Shown here: in pieces, positions 40,782-51,200 of the stretch
How the letters are laid out: every line of letters starts with the position of its first letter
Numbering within the stretch: position 1 is the first letter of the stretch
Origin: Saprospiraceae bacterium
GTDB lineage: Bacteria > Bacteroidota > Bacteroidia > Chitinophagales > Saprospiraceae
Direction of reading: 5' to 3'
Length of the DNA: 64,000 nt
Assembly (NCBI GenBank): GCA_026982695.1
Contig: JALSGS010000013.1
Location: 22,133-86,132, forward strand
Made by a program: the position numbers and the translations under genes
The notes under the pieces: generated by a model
The model's input: only the letters and a program-made list of their open reading frames with translations
The model's database searches: none
What the model was told of the DNA's origin: nothing

Positions 40782-42449
40782 ATGATCCAACACCTCAAGG
40801 TCAGCAATTACGCCCTTATCCAAGAGCTAGAAATCGAGTTTCCCCATGGCCTGACGATCATCACAGGCGAGACGGGTGCCGGCAAATCCATCCTGCTGGG
40901 TGCCTTAGGGCTCATCATGGGCGAACGTGCCGACCTTAAAGCGCTCTACGAGCCTCAACGCAAATGCATCGTAGAAGCTACCTTCTACATCGGCAAATAC
41001 GACTTACAACCCTTCTTCCAAATGCACGAGCTCGACTATGACGAAGAGTGCATCATCCGGCGCGAATTGCTGCCTTCCGGCAAATCTCGAGCTTTTGTCA
41101 ATGATACCCCTGTCAACTTACAGGTGCTGCGTACCCTTACCAGAGCCCTAGTCGATCTGCACCAGCAGTTCGACACACTCGACATACACCAAGTATCCTT
41201 TCAGCTGCGCATGATCGATGCGCTAGCCGGCATCCAGAAGCAAGCCGATCAGTTCCGACAACACTACCAACGTTGGCGCGACGCCCTGCACCAGCTCGAC
41301 CAACTCAAAGCCCGAAAAAAACACAGCGAACAAACCCAAGAGCTGCTGCAATTTCAGCTCGACGAACTGCGCAACGCTCACTTCCAAGAAGGCGAACAAA
41401 CACAATTGGAAGAAGAACTGCGACGCCTTGAACACGCTGAAGAAATCAAAAAAGTACTATCGGCTGCCTTCATCGCCCTCAGCGAACAAGAGCCCTCACT
41501 ACTGAGCCAGCTCGCACAAATCAACCAAGCCATCAACCACATTAGGCGCTACGACTCGCCTACTGAAGCGATTTATCAAAGGTTGGAAAGTGTACGCATA
41601 GAACTAGAAGACATCGCCACCGAAGTGGAAAAACGCGCCGAAACGATAGAACTCGATCCCCAACGGGCTGCCGTGGTAAAAGATAGGCTCGATCTGCTCT
41701 ACCGCCTGCAACAAAAGCATCAAGCGACTACTATTGGGCAACTACTCGACGTGGCCCAACAACTCGAAACCCAACTTCAATCGTTCGAAGATCTGCACGA
41801 GCAAATCTCTGAACTCGAAAAAGAAGTAACACAAACAGCTCAGCAGCTCGCACAGATGGCCGAGTCGCTTTCTCAAAAAAGGCAAGCCACCATTCCCCAA
41901 TTTGAAGCACAAGTCGTAGCACTACTCCAAAGTCTGGCATTACCCCATGCACGCTTCAAAGTAGCACTTAACCGACAAGCCCAACTGGGCCCCAATGGTT
42001 ATGACGAGGTTACTTTTCTTTTTGCTGCCAACCCTGGCAGTCGTCTTCTGCCTATCAAAGACGTAGCTTCCGGTGGCGAGCTGGCACGCCTTACGCTAGT
42101 CACTAAATCACTAGTGGCTAGTGCCATCCCTCTGCCCACACTTATATTCGACGAAATTGATACAGGCATATCGGGCGATGTAGCGCTGCGCATGGGCACC
42201 ATTTTGCGCAAGCTCTCTAACGACCACCAAGTTATCGTCATTACCCATGCACCACAAGTAGCCGCACAAGCCGATGCACACTACTTCGTCTACAAAAAGA
42301 TACAAGGCCAACGCACTACTACACACATCCGGCGCCTCGATGAAGCTGGCCGTGTAGAAGCCATCGCCACAATGCTAAGCCAAAATCCACCTACCCCCGC
42401 AGCCATTGAAAACGCGCGCGAGCTACTGCAACGCGCACGCACCAGTTGA
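40782..42449 (+). CDS. recN: DNA repair protein RecN
   Basis: Motifs: MIQHLKVSNYALIQELEIEF..ITGETGAGKSILLGAL, a long coiled coil, C-terminal ASGGELARL and LIFDEIDTGISG. Confidence 0.9.
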   Translation: MIQHLKVSNYALIQELEIEFPHGLTIITGETGAGKSILLGALGLIMGERADLKALYEPQRKCIVEATFYIGKYDLQPFFQMHELDYDEECIIRRELLPSGKSRAFVNDTPVNLQVLRTLTRALVDLHQQFDTLDIHQVSFQLRMIDALAGIQKQADQFRQHYQRWRDALHQLDQLKARKKHSEQTQELLQFQLDELRNAHFQEGEQTQLEEELRRLEHAEEIKKVLSAAFIALSEQEPSLLSQLAQINQAINHIRRYDSPTEAIYQRLESVRIELEDIATEVEKRAETIELDPQRAAVVKDRLDLLYRLQQKHQATTIGQLLDVAQQLETQLQSFEDLHEQISELEKEVTQTAQQLAQMAESLSQKRQATIPQFEAQVVALLQSLALPHARFKVALNRQAQLGPNGYDEVTFLFAANPGSRLLPIKDVASGGELARLTLVTKSLVASAIPLPTLIFDEIDTGISGDVALRMGTILRKLSNDHQVIVITHAPQVAAQADAHYFVYKKIQGQRTTTHIRRLDEAGRVEAIATMLSQNPPTPAAIENARELLQRARTS

Positions 42450-42493
42450 ACAAACTACATTTGCAAGCTCACTAAACGACAAACCATACAACT

Positions 42494-43303
42494 ATGGCTT
42501 ACAATCTGCTCAAAGGAAAAACTGGCGTCATCTTTGGCGCACTCGACGAAAAGTCCATTGCTTGGAAAACCGCTGAACGTTGCCATGAAGAAGGTGCCCA
42601 ACTGGTGCTCACCAACGCCCCTGTTGCCATGCGCTTTGGCAAAATTCAGGAGCTGGGCGAACGACTCGACGCCCCCGTCATTCCTGCCGATGCTACTTCC
42701 CTAGACGACCTCCAAAACCTCTTCGAGAAAAGCATGGAGCACTTCGACGGCAAGATCGACTTTGTGCTTCACTCTATCGGCATGTCGCTCAACGTGCGCA
42801 AAAATCGCCCCTATACCAATCTAAACTACGATTGGATGCTTAAAACACTCGACATTTCTGCCATCTCTTTTCACAAAGTAATGCAAACGCTGTGGAAGCT
42901 TGACGGCATGAATGAGTGGGGTTCCATTGCAGCCTTGACCTATATCGCAGCCCAACGCGTCTTCCCCGACTACAACGAAATGGCCGAAGCCAAAGCTCTC
43001 TTGGAAAGCATTGCCCGTAGCTTTGGGTATCACTGGGGCATGCGTCGCAAGGTACGTGTCAATACCATATCTCAGTCGCCCACTGTCACTACAGCAGGTA
43101 GTGGCGTAAAGGGCTTCAAAGACTTCTTCGGCTACGCCGATAAAATGTCGCCGCTGGGTAACGCCACAGCTGAAGAATGCGCCAATTATCTGGTCTTTCT
43201 CTTCTGCGACCTGTCGCGCAAAGTCACTATGCAGAACCTATTCCACGATGGCGGCTTCTCCAGTATGGGACTCAACCCCGAAGTGCTCGGCTTAGAAAGC
43301 TGA
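42494..43303 (+). CDS. fabI: Enoyl-[acyl-carrier-protein] reductase (NADH), FabI
   Basis: Motifs: LLKGKTGVIFGALDEKSIAW, HSIGMS, the YxxMxxAK-like segment YNEMAEAKALLES, RVNTISQSP. Confidence 0.9.
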   Translation: MAYNLLKGKTGVIFGALDEKSIAWKTAERCHEEGAQLVLTNAPVAMRFGKIQELGERLDAPVIPADATSLDDLQNLFEKSMEHFDGKIDFVLHSIGMSLNVRKNRPYTNLNYDWMLKTLDISAISFHKVMQTLWKLDGMNEWGSIAALTYIAAQRVFPDYNEMAEAKALLESIARSFGYHWGMRRKVRVNTISQSPTVTTAGSGVKGFKDFFGYADKMSPLGNATAEECANYLVFLFCDLSRKVTMQNLFHDGGFSSMGLNPEVLGLES

Positions 43304-43498
43304 ACTATACCCATATAATATCGCTACCACCTACACTTCGATTGCACCTTGCAAATGAGATGTAGGTGGTGCTACTATATGACGGTATAGTGGAGCACGA
43401 AGACCCTTTGGCAAAAAACATCCTTGATCTTTTTACAATTTGTGTAGCTTGGCATTTAGTTTTGTAATGATCACCTATTCCATATTAGCAAAATTTAC

Positions 43499-44386
43499 AT
43501 GTCCATACTACACATCGAGCAACTCAGCAAATCATACGGCCGCATCCAAGCACTCAATCAACTGAGTCTAACGGTAGAAAAAGGGGAAATATGGGGCATC
43601 CTCGGCCCAAATGGCAGCGGCAAAACAACTACCCTGGGGATTATCACCGGCATTTTGCATGCCGATAGTGGCTACTATCAGTGGTTTGACGGGCATATGC
43701 CGCCACACATAGCCCGCCGCCACATGGGTATCCTGCTGGAGACCCCCAATTTCTACCCCTGGCTCAGCGGCCTAGCCAACCTAACGCTTATCGCCCATAT
43801 CAAACAAGCTGCGCGGCCTGCCCTAAAAGAATTACTCGAACTGGTCGGCTTAGTCCCACATATGCATGCGCCCTTTCGCACGTACTCCTTGGGCATGAAA
43901 CAGCGCCTGGCTCTGGCTGCAGTACTCATCGGTGATCCCGAAGTACTCATCCTCGATGAACCCACTAACGGACTCGACCCCGAAGGCATTGCCGAAGTGC
44001 GTGCAATCATTCAGCAAATTGCCACGCAAGGACACACCATCCTCATGGCCAGCCATATCCTCGACGAAGTAGAAAAAACCTGTTCCCACGTCGCCATCCT
44101 CAAGCAAGGACGCCTGCTGGCCTCAGGTACTGTAGGTAGCCTATTAACCGATGACGTAGAAATAGAAATAGCTGCCGCCCAGCTCGAACAACTGGCCGCG
44201 CTGCTCCGCACCCTGCCTCAAGTTCGTCAACTACACCGACGAAATGGGATACTCATAGCCCAAGTAGACAAGCACCTACCAACCGACCGAATCAATCAAC
44301 TGGCATTTCAGCACGGCATCGTGTTGACACATTTGCGAGCACGAAAAAAATCACTAGAGGAAGAGTTTCTCGCACTCACCCAATAA
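43499..44386 (+). CDS. ABC transporter ATP-binding protein (ABC-2 type)
   Basis: Walker A GPNGSGKTT, signature YSLGMKQRL, Walker B LILDEPTNGLD. Confidence 0.85.
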   Translation: MSILHIEQLSKSYGRIQALNQLSLTVEKGEIWGILGPNGSGKTTTLGIITGILHADSGYYQWFDGHMPPHIARRHMGILLETPNFYPWLSGLANLTLIAHIKQAARPALKELLELVGLVPHMHAPFRTYSLGMKQRLALAAVLIGDPEVLILDEPTNGLDPEGIAEVRAIIQQIATQGHTILMASHILDEVEKTCSHVAILKQGRLLASGTVGSLLTDDVEIEIAAAQLEQLAALLRTLPQVRQLHRRNGILIAQVDKHLPTDRINQLAFQHGIVLTHLRARKKSLEEEFLALTQ

Positions 44387-44418
44387 CACGATATTTTGCG
44401 TAAGCACAAACGATCCCT

Positions 44419-45255
44419 ATGCTGTGGTACTTGCTCCAAATTGAATGGATAAAGTTTCGTACCCAAAAGGCCTTCCAAATCATTGGATTGCTATTTCTGG
44501 TAGCTATGCCAAGTATCATTCTGGTAGCCAGAATGCTCGATCGAGTAGCTACCGATGACTTGCCTCCTTTCATAGGAGGGGCAAGCGCCATCATTGGCTT
44601 CCCCAACATCTGGAAATGGCTGGGCTACGAAGCCAACTGGCTTAGCTTTCTGGCATTAGGCTTTATAAGCATTCTATTCATCACTACAGAGTTTGCCCAT
44701 CACACCATACGCCAGAATATACTGTGTGGCATGAGTCGCACACAGTGGCTGGGTGGCAAAGTGCTTTTCATCTTAGCACTCTCCATAGCCGCTACTTTAT
44801 GGTACGTATGCTGTGCAGTGAGCATCGGCTGGTGGCATACCGACAAGGTGTACTGGAACACCATCTGGAGACACAGCGAACTGGCTTACCGATATTTACT
44901 GCTCAATATGGGTTATATGAGTTTCGGCCTTTTTCTGGGGCTGCTCATACGACGCACTGGCCTGAGCATCTTTCTATATTTTGCCTGGGGGCTTTTTATC
45001 GAATCTGCGCTTCGCTGGGGCGTCCACTTCACTCGTTTCCACAATCGCTCGTTTTTATTCTACCCCATCAATGCCTTTGAAGATCTACTACCACCCCCAT
45101 TTGCCGAGATCGCACAGTCCTATGCCGACGAGTTTGCTCGCGAACACGGCTTTGCCCTGTACCTCACCCCTACAGAAGCCATATTCACTTCTTGTACCTA
45201 TATTGCGCTATTTGTGGGCTTGTCTTGGTGGCGCTTGCGCAAAATAGATCTATGA
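44419..45255 (+). CDS. ABC-2 family transporter permease
   Basis: 278 aa with about 6 TM helices. It lies 32 nt downstream of the ATPase gene. Assigned by position and topology. Confidence 0.65.
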   Translation: MLWYLLQIEWIKFRTQKAFQIIGLLFLVAMPSIILVARMLDRVATDDLPPFIGGASAIIGFPNIWKWLGYEANWLSFLALGFISILFITTEFAHHTIRQNILCGMSRTQWLGGKVLFILALSIAATLWYVCCAVSIGWWHTDKVYWNTIWRHSELAYRYLLLNMGYMSFGLFLGLLIRRTGLSIFLYFAWGLFIESALRWGVHFTRFHNRSFLFYPINAFEDLLPPPFAEIAQSYADEFAREHGFALYLTPTEAIFTSCTYIALFVGLSWWRLRKIDL

Positions 45256-45268
45256 GGCCACAAGCCTA

Positions 45269-48200
45269 CTATCTCCTGATCTGCACATAGCCCGTCTGGC
45301 GCTGCCCTTGGCCGTATTCCAGCAAGTAGAAATAGGTGCCATCGGGCAAATCTAATCCCCCAAAGGTGCCGTCCCAATCATTGTGATAAGGGTGAGCATG
45401 AAACACCTCTTCTCCCCAACGGTTGAATATGGTCAAACTATTACGAGGCCAAAGTTCAATATGCTCGATGATAAACACATCATTGATCCCATCTCCATTA
45501 GGCGAAAAACCACTATAAGGTGCAGGACTGGGGCAGCGTATCCACAATTCCACTATGGCTGTATCACATCCCACCCTATCACACAGCTCATATGCCACTC
45601 GATCCATGCCACAACTCACACGATTAGCCTCATACACCAATGTGTACCCATCAAAGCGAACCTCCCCTTTTTGCGCAAGCAAAACAGGTGACAGCTCAAG
45701 CCGCATTAACGGCTCATTCCAAAAGTCATTGGCCAATACCTCCAGCTTGGCTACTTGCCCCACCTGGACCGTATCCCTATCGGAATTAGCCTGTGGCCAT
45801 GGCCCTACTTCATCTCGTATATGCAGCACATAGTGCAACGTATCGGACAAGCCCCAATTGTCGTATCCCACTAATAGGTACTGATCCGCACCTGCTGCCC
45901 ATGCACGCACCTCAAAACACTGCGACTCAGTGACGATCAGCTCACTATGATCACACTGCACACATGTCACAACCAAGTTGGTAAGTGGTCCAGCAAGCTC
46001 AAATGGCATACAATGTGTCGTCGTATCGCCTCGCTTAAGTGTATCTGCTATCCATTCCGTCTGCGTACAGACTACTTCTAAGTACATAGTATCTACACAA
46101 ACACCTGCCGATACCCGCCACACCAACTCATGAACACCTACTGGCACCGGCACCGATACGGCAGTAGGCACAACCCGAAGGCTGGGTTCAAGTACCACTT
46201 CCGATTGAGTAGGTACATGTAACAAGCGCAATGCACCTACCCCTACAGGCGTACGACGTCCCATCAATAGCTCCTCGTCAGGTTGCCACTGCCACTGTCC
46301 TTGCGGATCAGCCAGCTGCACAAAGGCAGGTAAGGCCAACAGCGAGTCGAGTGGCCCTGCCCATACAGTGCCATCTAATGGCCAGTCGGTAACCATCCAC
46401 GGCCCTGCCTCACCCAAAGCCCAAGCAGGAGCCAGGCTGAACACTACAGCAGTGTCCCAGCTACAAGGCGGCAGTAACGAAACATCCAATAGCTCCCCAT
46501 CGAGCCACAACTCATCATCCGACACAGGCACATAGGGCACACAGAAAGCACGCACTTCATCACAATCAGATACCGACATCGCCAAGTACGCAGCAGCAAA
46601 AACCTCCCCGCCACCACAGCTATCTTGCAACGGGCAATCCAACGGCACCTCGAGCGAATCCAGCACATAATTGCAACCAGCAGCATCACTGATTGTAAGC
46701 GAATATGCAGACCCCGCACTCACTCCCGCCAACGTCTGCGTCGTAGAAAGAGGTGGATCCCATGCAAATACATATTCGCCATGCCCCCCCAACACCTCCA
46801 CACCAATAATTCCATCATTGCCCGCACAAGTCTCAGGCTCAATCGCCACACTGACAGCCCACGGCAGGGGCGCCTCGATCACTACCAATACCGTATCTGC
46901 ACAGCCGCCTTCATTGCCTACCACTACATATTCGCCTTGCGGCAAATGTGCCAACGGTGTAACCCCTACCCATTCACCTGCTCGCCATACAGTTAGCGGC
47001 TCCGAGCCATTCCATTCAATACGCCCATCAGCAACATCAGGACAGCTGACGTGTTGCACCTCTAGCTGGGCAGTATCCAAACTATAGGGTGGCAGTGCCT
47101 CCAGTTCGTATTCCGCCTGTGCCATGCAGCCCGTGGCCAGATCAACTATATATACCGAATAAGTGCCAGAAGAGAGCCCCTCAGCTACCGCACTGTCACT
47201 AACCGCTGGCACCCATTGCCACTGAGCAGGCCCCGTGAGTCCTGTAGCCGTCAGCGCAATCCGCCCACCTTCATCCTGACAGTTAGGAGGCAATATTTCA
47301 GCACTCAACTGCAACATATCGCAATCCTCAATCGGCGCCAGCACCTGCACACCCACCCAAGTGGTATCACAATCGCTGCTAGTGCAGTGTACTACACACA
47401 AAAATTGTTGCCCACTAAAATCGGGATATACCTCGAGCATAAAACAAGGCCCCACCAGCTCACTAATCCATACCGTTTCGTTTGTGCCGCTTTCGCAAAA
47501 CGTAGCAGAAGTGATGGCTCCTGGATAGTCGAGTACTCCCATGTCATCCAGACAAACATCCTGTGTGCCACCCGCCTCCATACTGATCCACACCGTATCA
47601 GCACAACTCTGCTGCGGTATCTCAAAAGGCATTTTTAGCTCGCACACATCCAGATAAGACACAGTAGCCGTCAGCAAATATTGCCCTGCCGGCAAACCCG
47701 ATAGTACACCATTCTCAAACTGCCCAAAGACAGGTACCCACGTCCATTCGTATGCTTCAGCAGGCAAGGCCAAGGTCAACACGATCGAGCCGTCGGCCTG
47801 CCCACAAGAAGCTTCCTCTATCTCAACGAGTTGTACTAATGAGTCGGGGCAAAAGCAAAGATCATCTACCACTATTTGCTGACTAACCGACATACTGTTA
47901 CCACATTGATCCGTCGCAGTCCAATTGCGGGTCAACAAGTAGTCACAGCCATCAGACAGGAAAGTCGTATCCTCTACGTACTCCACCTGTGGGGCATCAT
48001 CACAGGCGTCATAAGCTGCCAGAGCAGAAGGGGCCGGCAACAACTCATCTGCCCACAGCACGACAGTAGTATCGGCAGGCGGCATCCCCAATTCAGGCGG
48101 TGTTTCATCTACTATACGCACTACTACACATAACGAATCCGCGTTGTCACAAGCATCGGTTGCCGTCCAGCAACACACCAACCTCAATAAATAACCTGCA

Positions 48201-51200
48201 CTACAATCACCTGCCTTCACTACTTCTGTAAACTCTACTGACACTTCACTACACTCATCGCTGGCCATTACATCGTCGGCACTCAATACTACAGGTGCTT
48301 CACACGAAAACTCGAGGCTATCCATATGATTTATCCCCTGCAGGGCTGAATGAACGGGCACAAGCACAGGTGGCTGATCATCCACTACCGTAAGCACTTG
48401 CTGCATCTGCGTAGTCTGACCGCAATCATCGATCGCTGTCCACTGACGGATGATCTTTTCACTGCAGCCGTCTGCAACAGCAAACACCTCCATCAGCAGC
48501 TCCACATCTTCATCGCAGTAGTCTATAGCCGTAACAGCTGCTGGTGGCAGGTCATCTGTACAAGAGATAGTCTGATCAGAAGGTACCCCTATCAACTCAG
48601 GTGGTTGCTGATCTATACCCAGTACTTCTACCATAGCTTCGGACTGATTGCCACAAGGATCGGTAACTACCCACCTCCATACCTGCCGACGCACGTAACC
48701 ATCTGTATCGCATTGGCCTACTTCATCAACCCACAACGCAACACTTATATCCAACTCATCGGCACAATCATCCCAGGCCACTACAGCCTCTTCGTCAAAT
48801 ACGGGCATCTGATCGCAAGCTACACTCAAGGTAGCACTGCCTTGCGGCAAATTCAACAACAACGAATCAGCCCACTGAATAATCGGCGGCATCGTATCGA
48901 CTAGCGTCAGCTTTTGCCACCCCAGCCGGCTATTGCCACATGCATCAGTAGCTACATACGTACGCAATAGGCGTTGGGGGCATCCTTCGTCTAACACTTC
49001 ATCTGACCACGTTAGCTGAGGCGAGGCATCGCAATCATCCACTACCTTAATCTGTACCGTCACATCCATGCCACATTCCACAGTTAGATCGGGAATGTTG
49101 AGAATATAAGGCGCCATCTGATCCCCCACCGTGAGTATCTGCGTCCAGGTAGTAGTCTGCCCACACTGATCAATAGCCGTCCATGTACGCACCACGCTCA
49201 GATCCCCCACACAGCCGCTCGAGCCCGTACCTGAAGTAGTTTCTTCAAACGAGATCACAACTGGCCCCAAATTATCCGTTGCAGTCAGTTGAGGTGGGTC
49301 ATTAAATTGAGGATCACTACAACTCACTATCTCATCGGCTGGCAGTTGATCGAACTGAGGTGGCTGCACATCGATAAACCCTACATCAATGCGTACACTC
49401 ACTCCTCCACTCAATACAAGCACGCCACTACTGCCCGTAACAGAATGGACATCACTATCCACTAGCTCATTTCCAGCATCTTGAGGCGAAAAGGCCAGCC
49501 CGGTGGGGGAGGCCGGCGCCGCAACTGTCACTTCGTAATTGCCGGCAGGCAAATTGCTAAAGAAATAGTTGCCAGCAGCATCGGTCATGCCCGACAAATT
49601 TATGGGCATGCCATCAAGTGCATTCCCTGAAAGCATTACGGGCACCCCGGGCAAGCCATCTTCGCCTGTGTCTTGCAAACCATCAGCGTCGCAATCGAGC
49701 CAAGCCCTACCTACAATCTCGCCATAGGGCAGTACGTAACCCGCATCTACATGCGTGAGATCTCCCATTAGTGGATCCAAGGTCAGCACAGGTGTTTGCT
49801 GCGTCACAGGATCAATGTCGCTATCTAAAGTATCATCTCCCGCATTGGCAATTGTAGGAGTATAATCACTAATGCCTAAACTATTCGTCGTCACGTCAAA
49901 TTTCACTACGTATTGGCCAGCTATCAGCTCTTCAAACTGATAATAGCCCTGAGCATCTGAACTATTCGTAGCTAAAAGGCTACCATCAACATGGTACAGC
50001 TCCACAGTGACACCTGCAATTCCTTGCTCACCAGCTCCTTGTAGACCATCTTGGTCAACATCTTGCCACACTCGGCCGCTGATCGCTGCACGCGGCACCA
50101 CAAGGCCTGCATCTATATTTAAATCGCCCTGCAACGGATCAAACACAAACACAGGCGTATTACCCGTTAGAGGATCTACATCACTGTCTTGGTCGTCCGG
50201 CCCTACATCCTGAGGCGAAAACTGGTAGTTGGGCACCCCATTAGCATTCGTACTGGGATCAAAATGCAAGTAATATATCCCTAATACAACTCCACTAAAA
50301 AAATAATTGCCCGACACATCGGTCTGTACCTGAACTAACACACTGTGAGATGCATCGAGGAGCTGTACTGTGACTTGTGCCACACCTTCCTCTGCGGCAT
50401 CCTGCAATCCATCCCCATCGTCGTCCACCCATACACGCCCACCTATACCAGCTTGTGGCTCAACTAAACCCGCATCAAAGACGGCCACAGGATCCACAGT
50501 GGGGTCAAAAGTAAACAAAGGCGTTGTGCCCGTAGTGGGATCCACATCGCTATCCGTAGCATCATCGCCCACATCCTGAGGCGAAAACTGATAGTTAGGC
50601 ACCCCATTGGCATTCGTACTGGGATCAAAAGCGAGGTAATACTGACCCGACATCACGTCGATCAACGACCAGGTACCATCCGCTGCTGACACCGTACTAC
50701 CCACCCACACATCAGCATCGGTGTATAGCTGTATCGCGACTCCCGCTACTCCCTCTTCACCCGCTTCCTGTACACCATTTCCATTGACATCAGCCCACAC
50801 ATAACCTGATATGGTGCCTTTCGGCAAATAAAACCCCGCATCAATCTCTAACTCATCACCCACTGATGGATCAAATGCAAACACCTCAGCCTGCCCTGTC
50901 ATGGGGTCGGCATCCGAATCATTCGTGCCATCACCAGCATGAGGTGGTGAAAAGACTAAACCAACAAGCCCCAGCTCATTGTCTGTGGCATCAAAAGACA
51001 GGTAATAATCTCCAGCCACTACATTAGGGAAAAAATAAGTGCCATCAGATTGGCTAATTAGCTGAGCCACTAAACTCCCACCCGACTCGTATAAAGCTAC
51101 CGCAACTCCACCCAAACCCATCTCATCCACATCCTGAATGCCATCGCCGTCGTCATCGAGCCACACAAAACCACCAATGCCTGCCACCGGATGGGCATTG

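Noticed and set aside
43499-45255. ABC ATPase/permease pair next to the gliding-type adhesin gene, considered as gldA/gldF.
   Set aside because: No gldG-like third gene is present, I could not recognise GldA/GldF-specific sequence, and the pair is convergent with the adhesin gene rather than co-transcribed. It stays a generic ABC-2 exporter.
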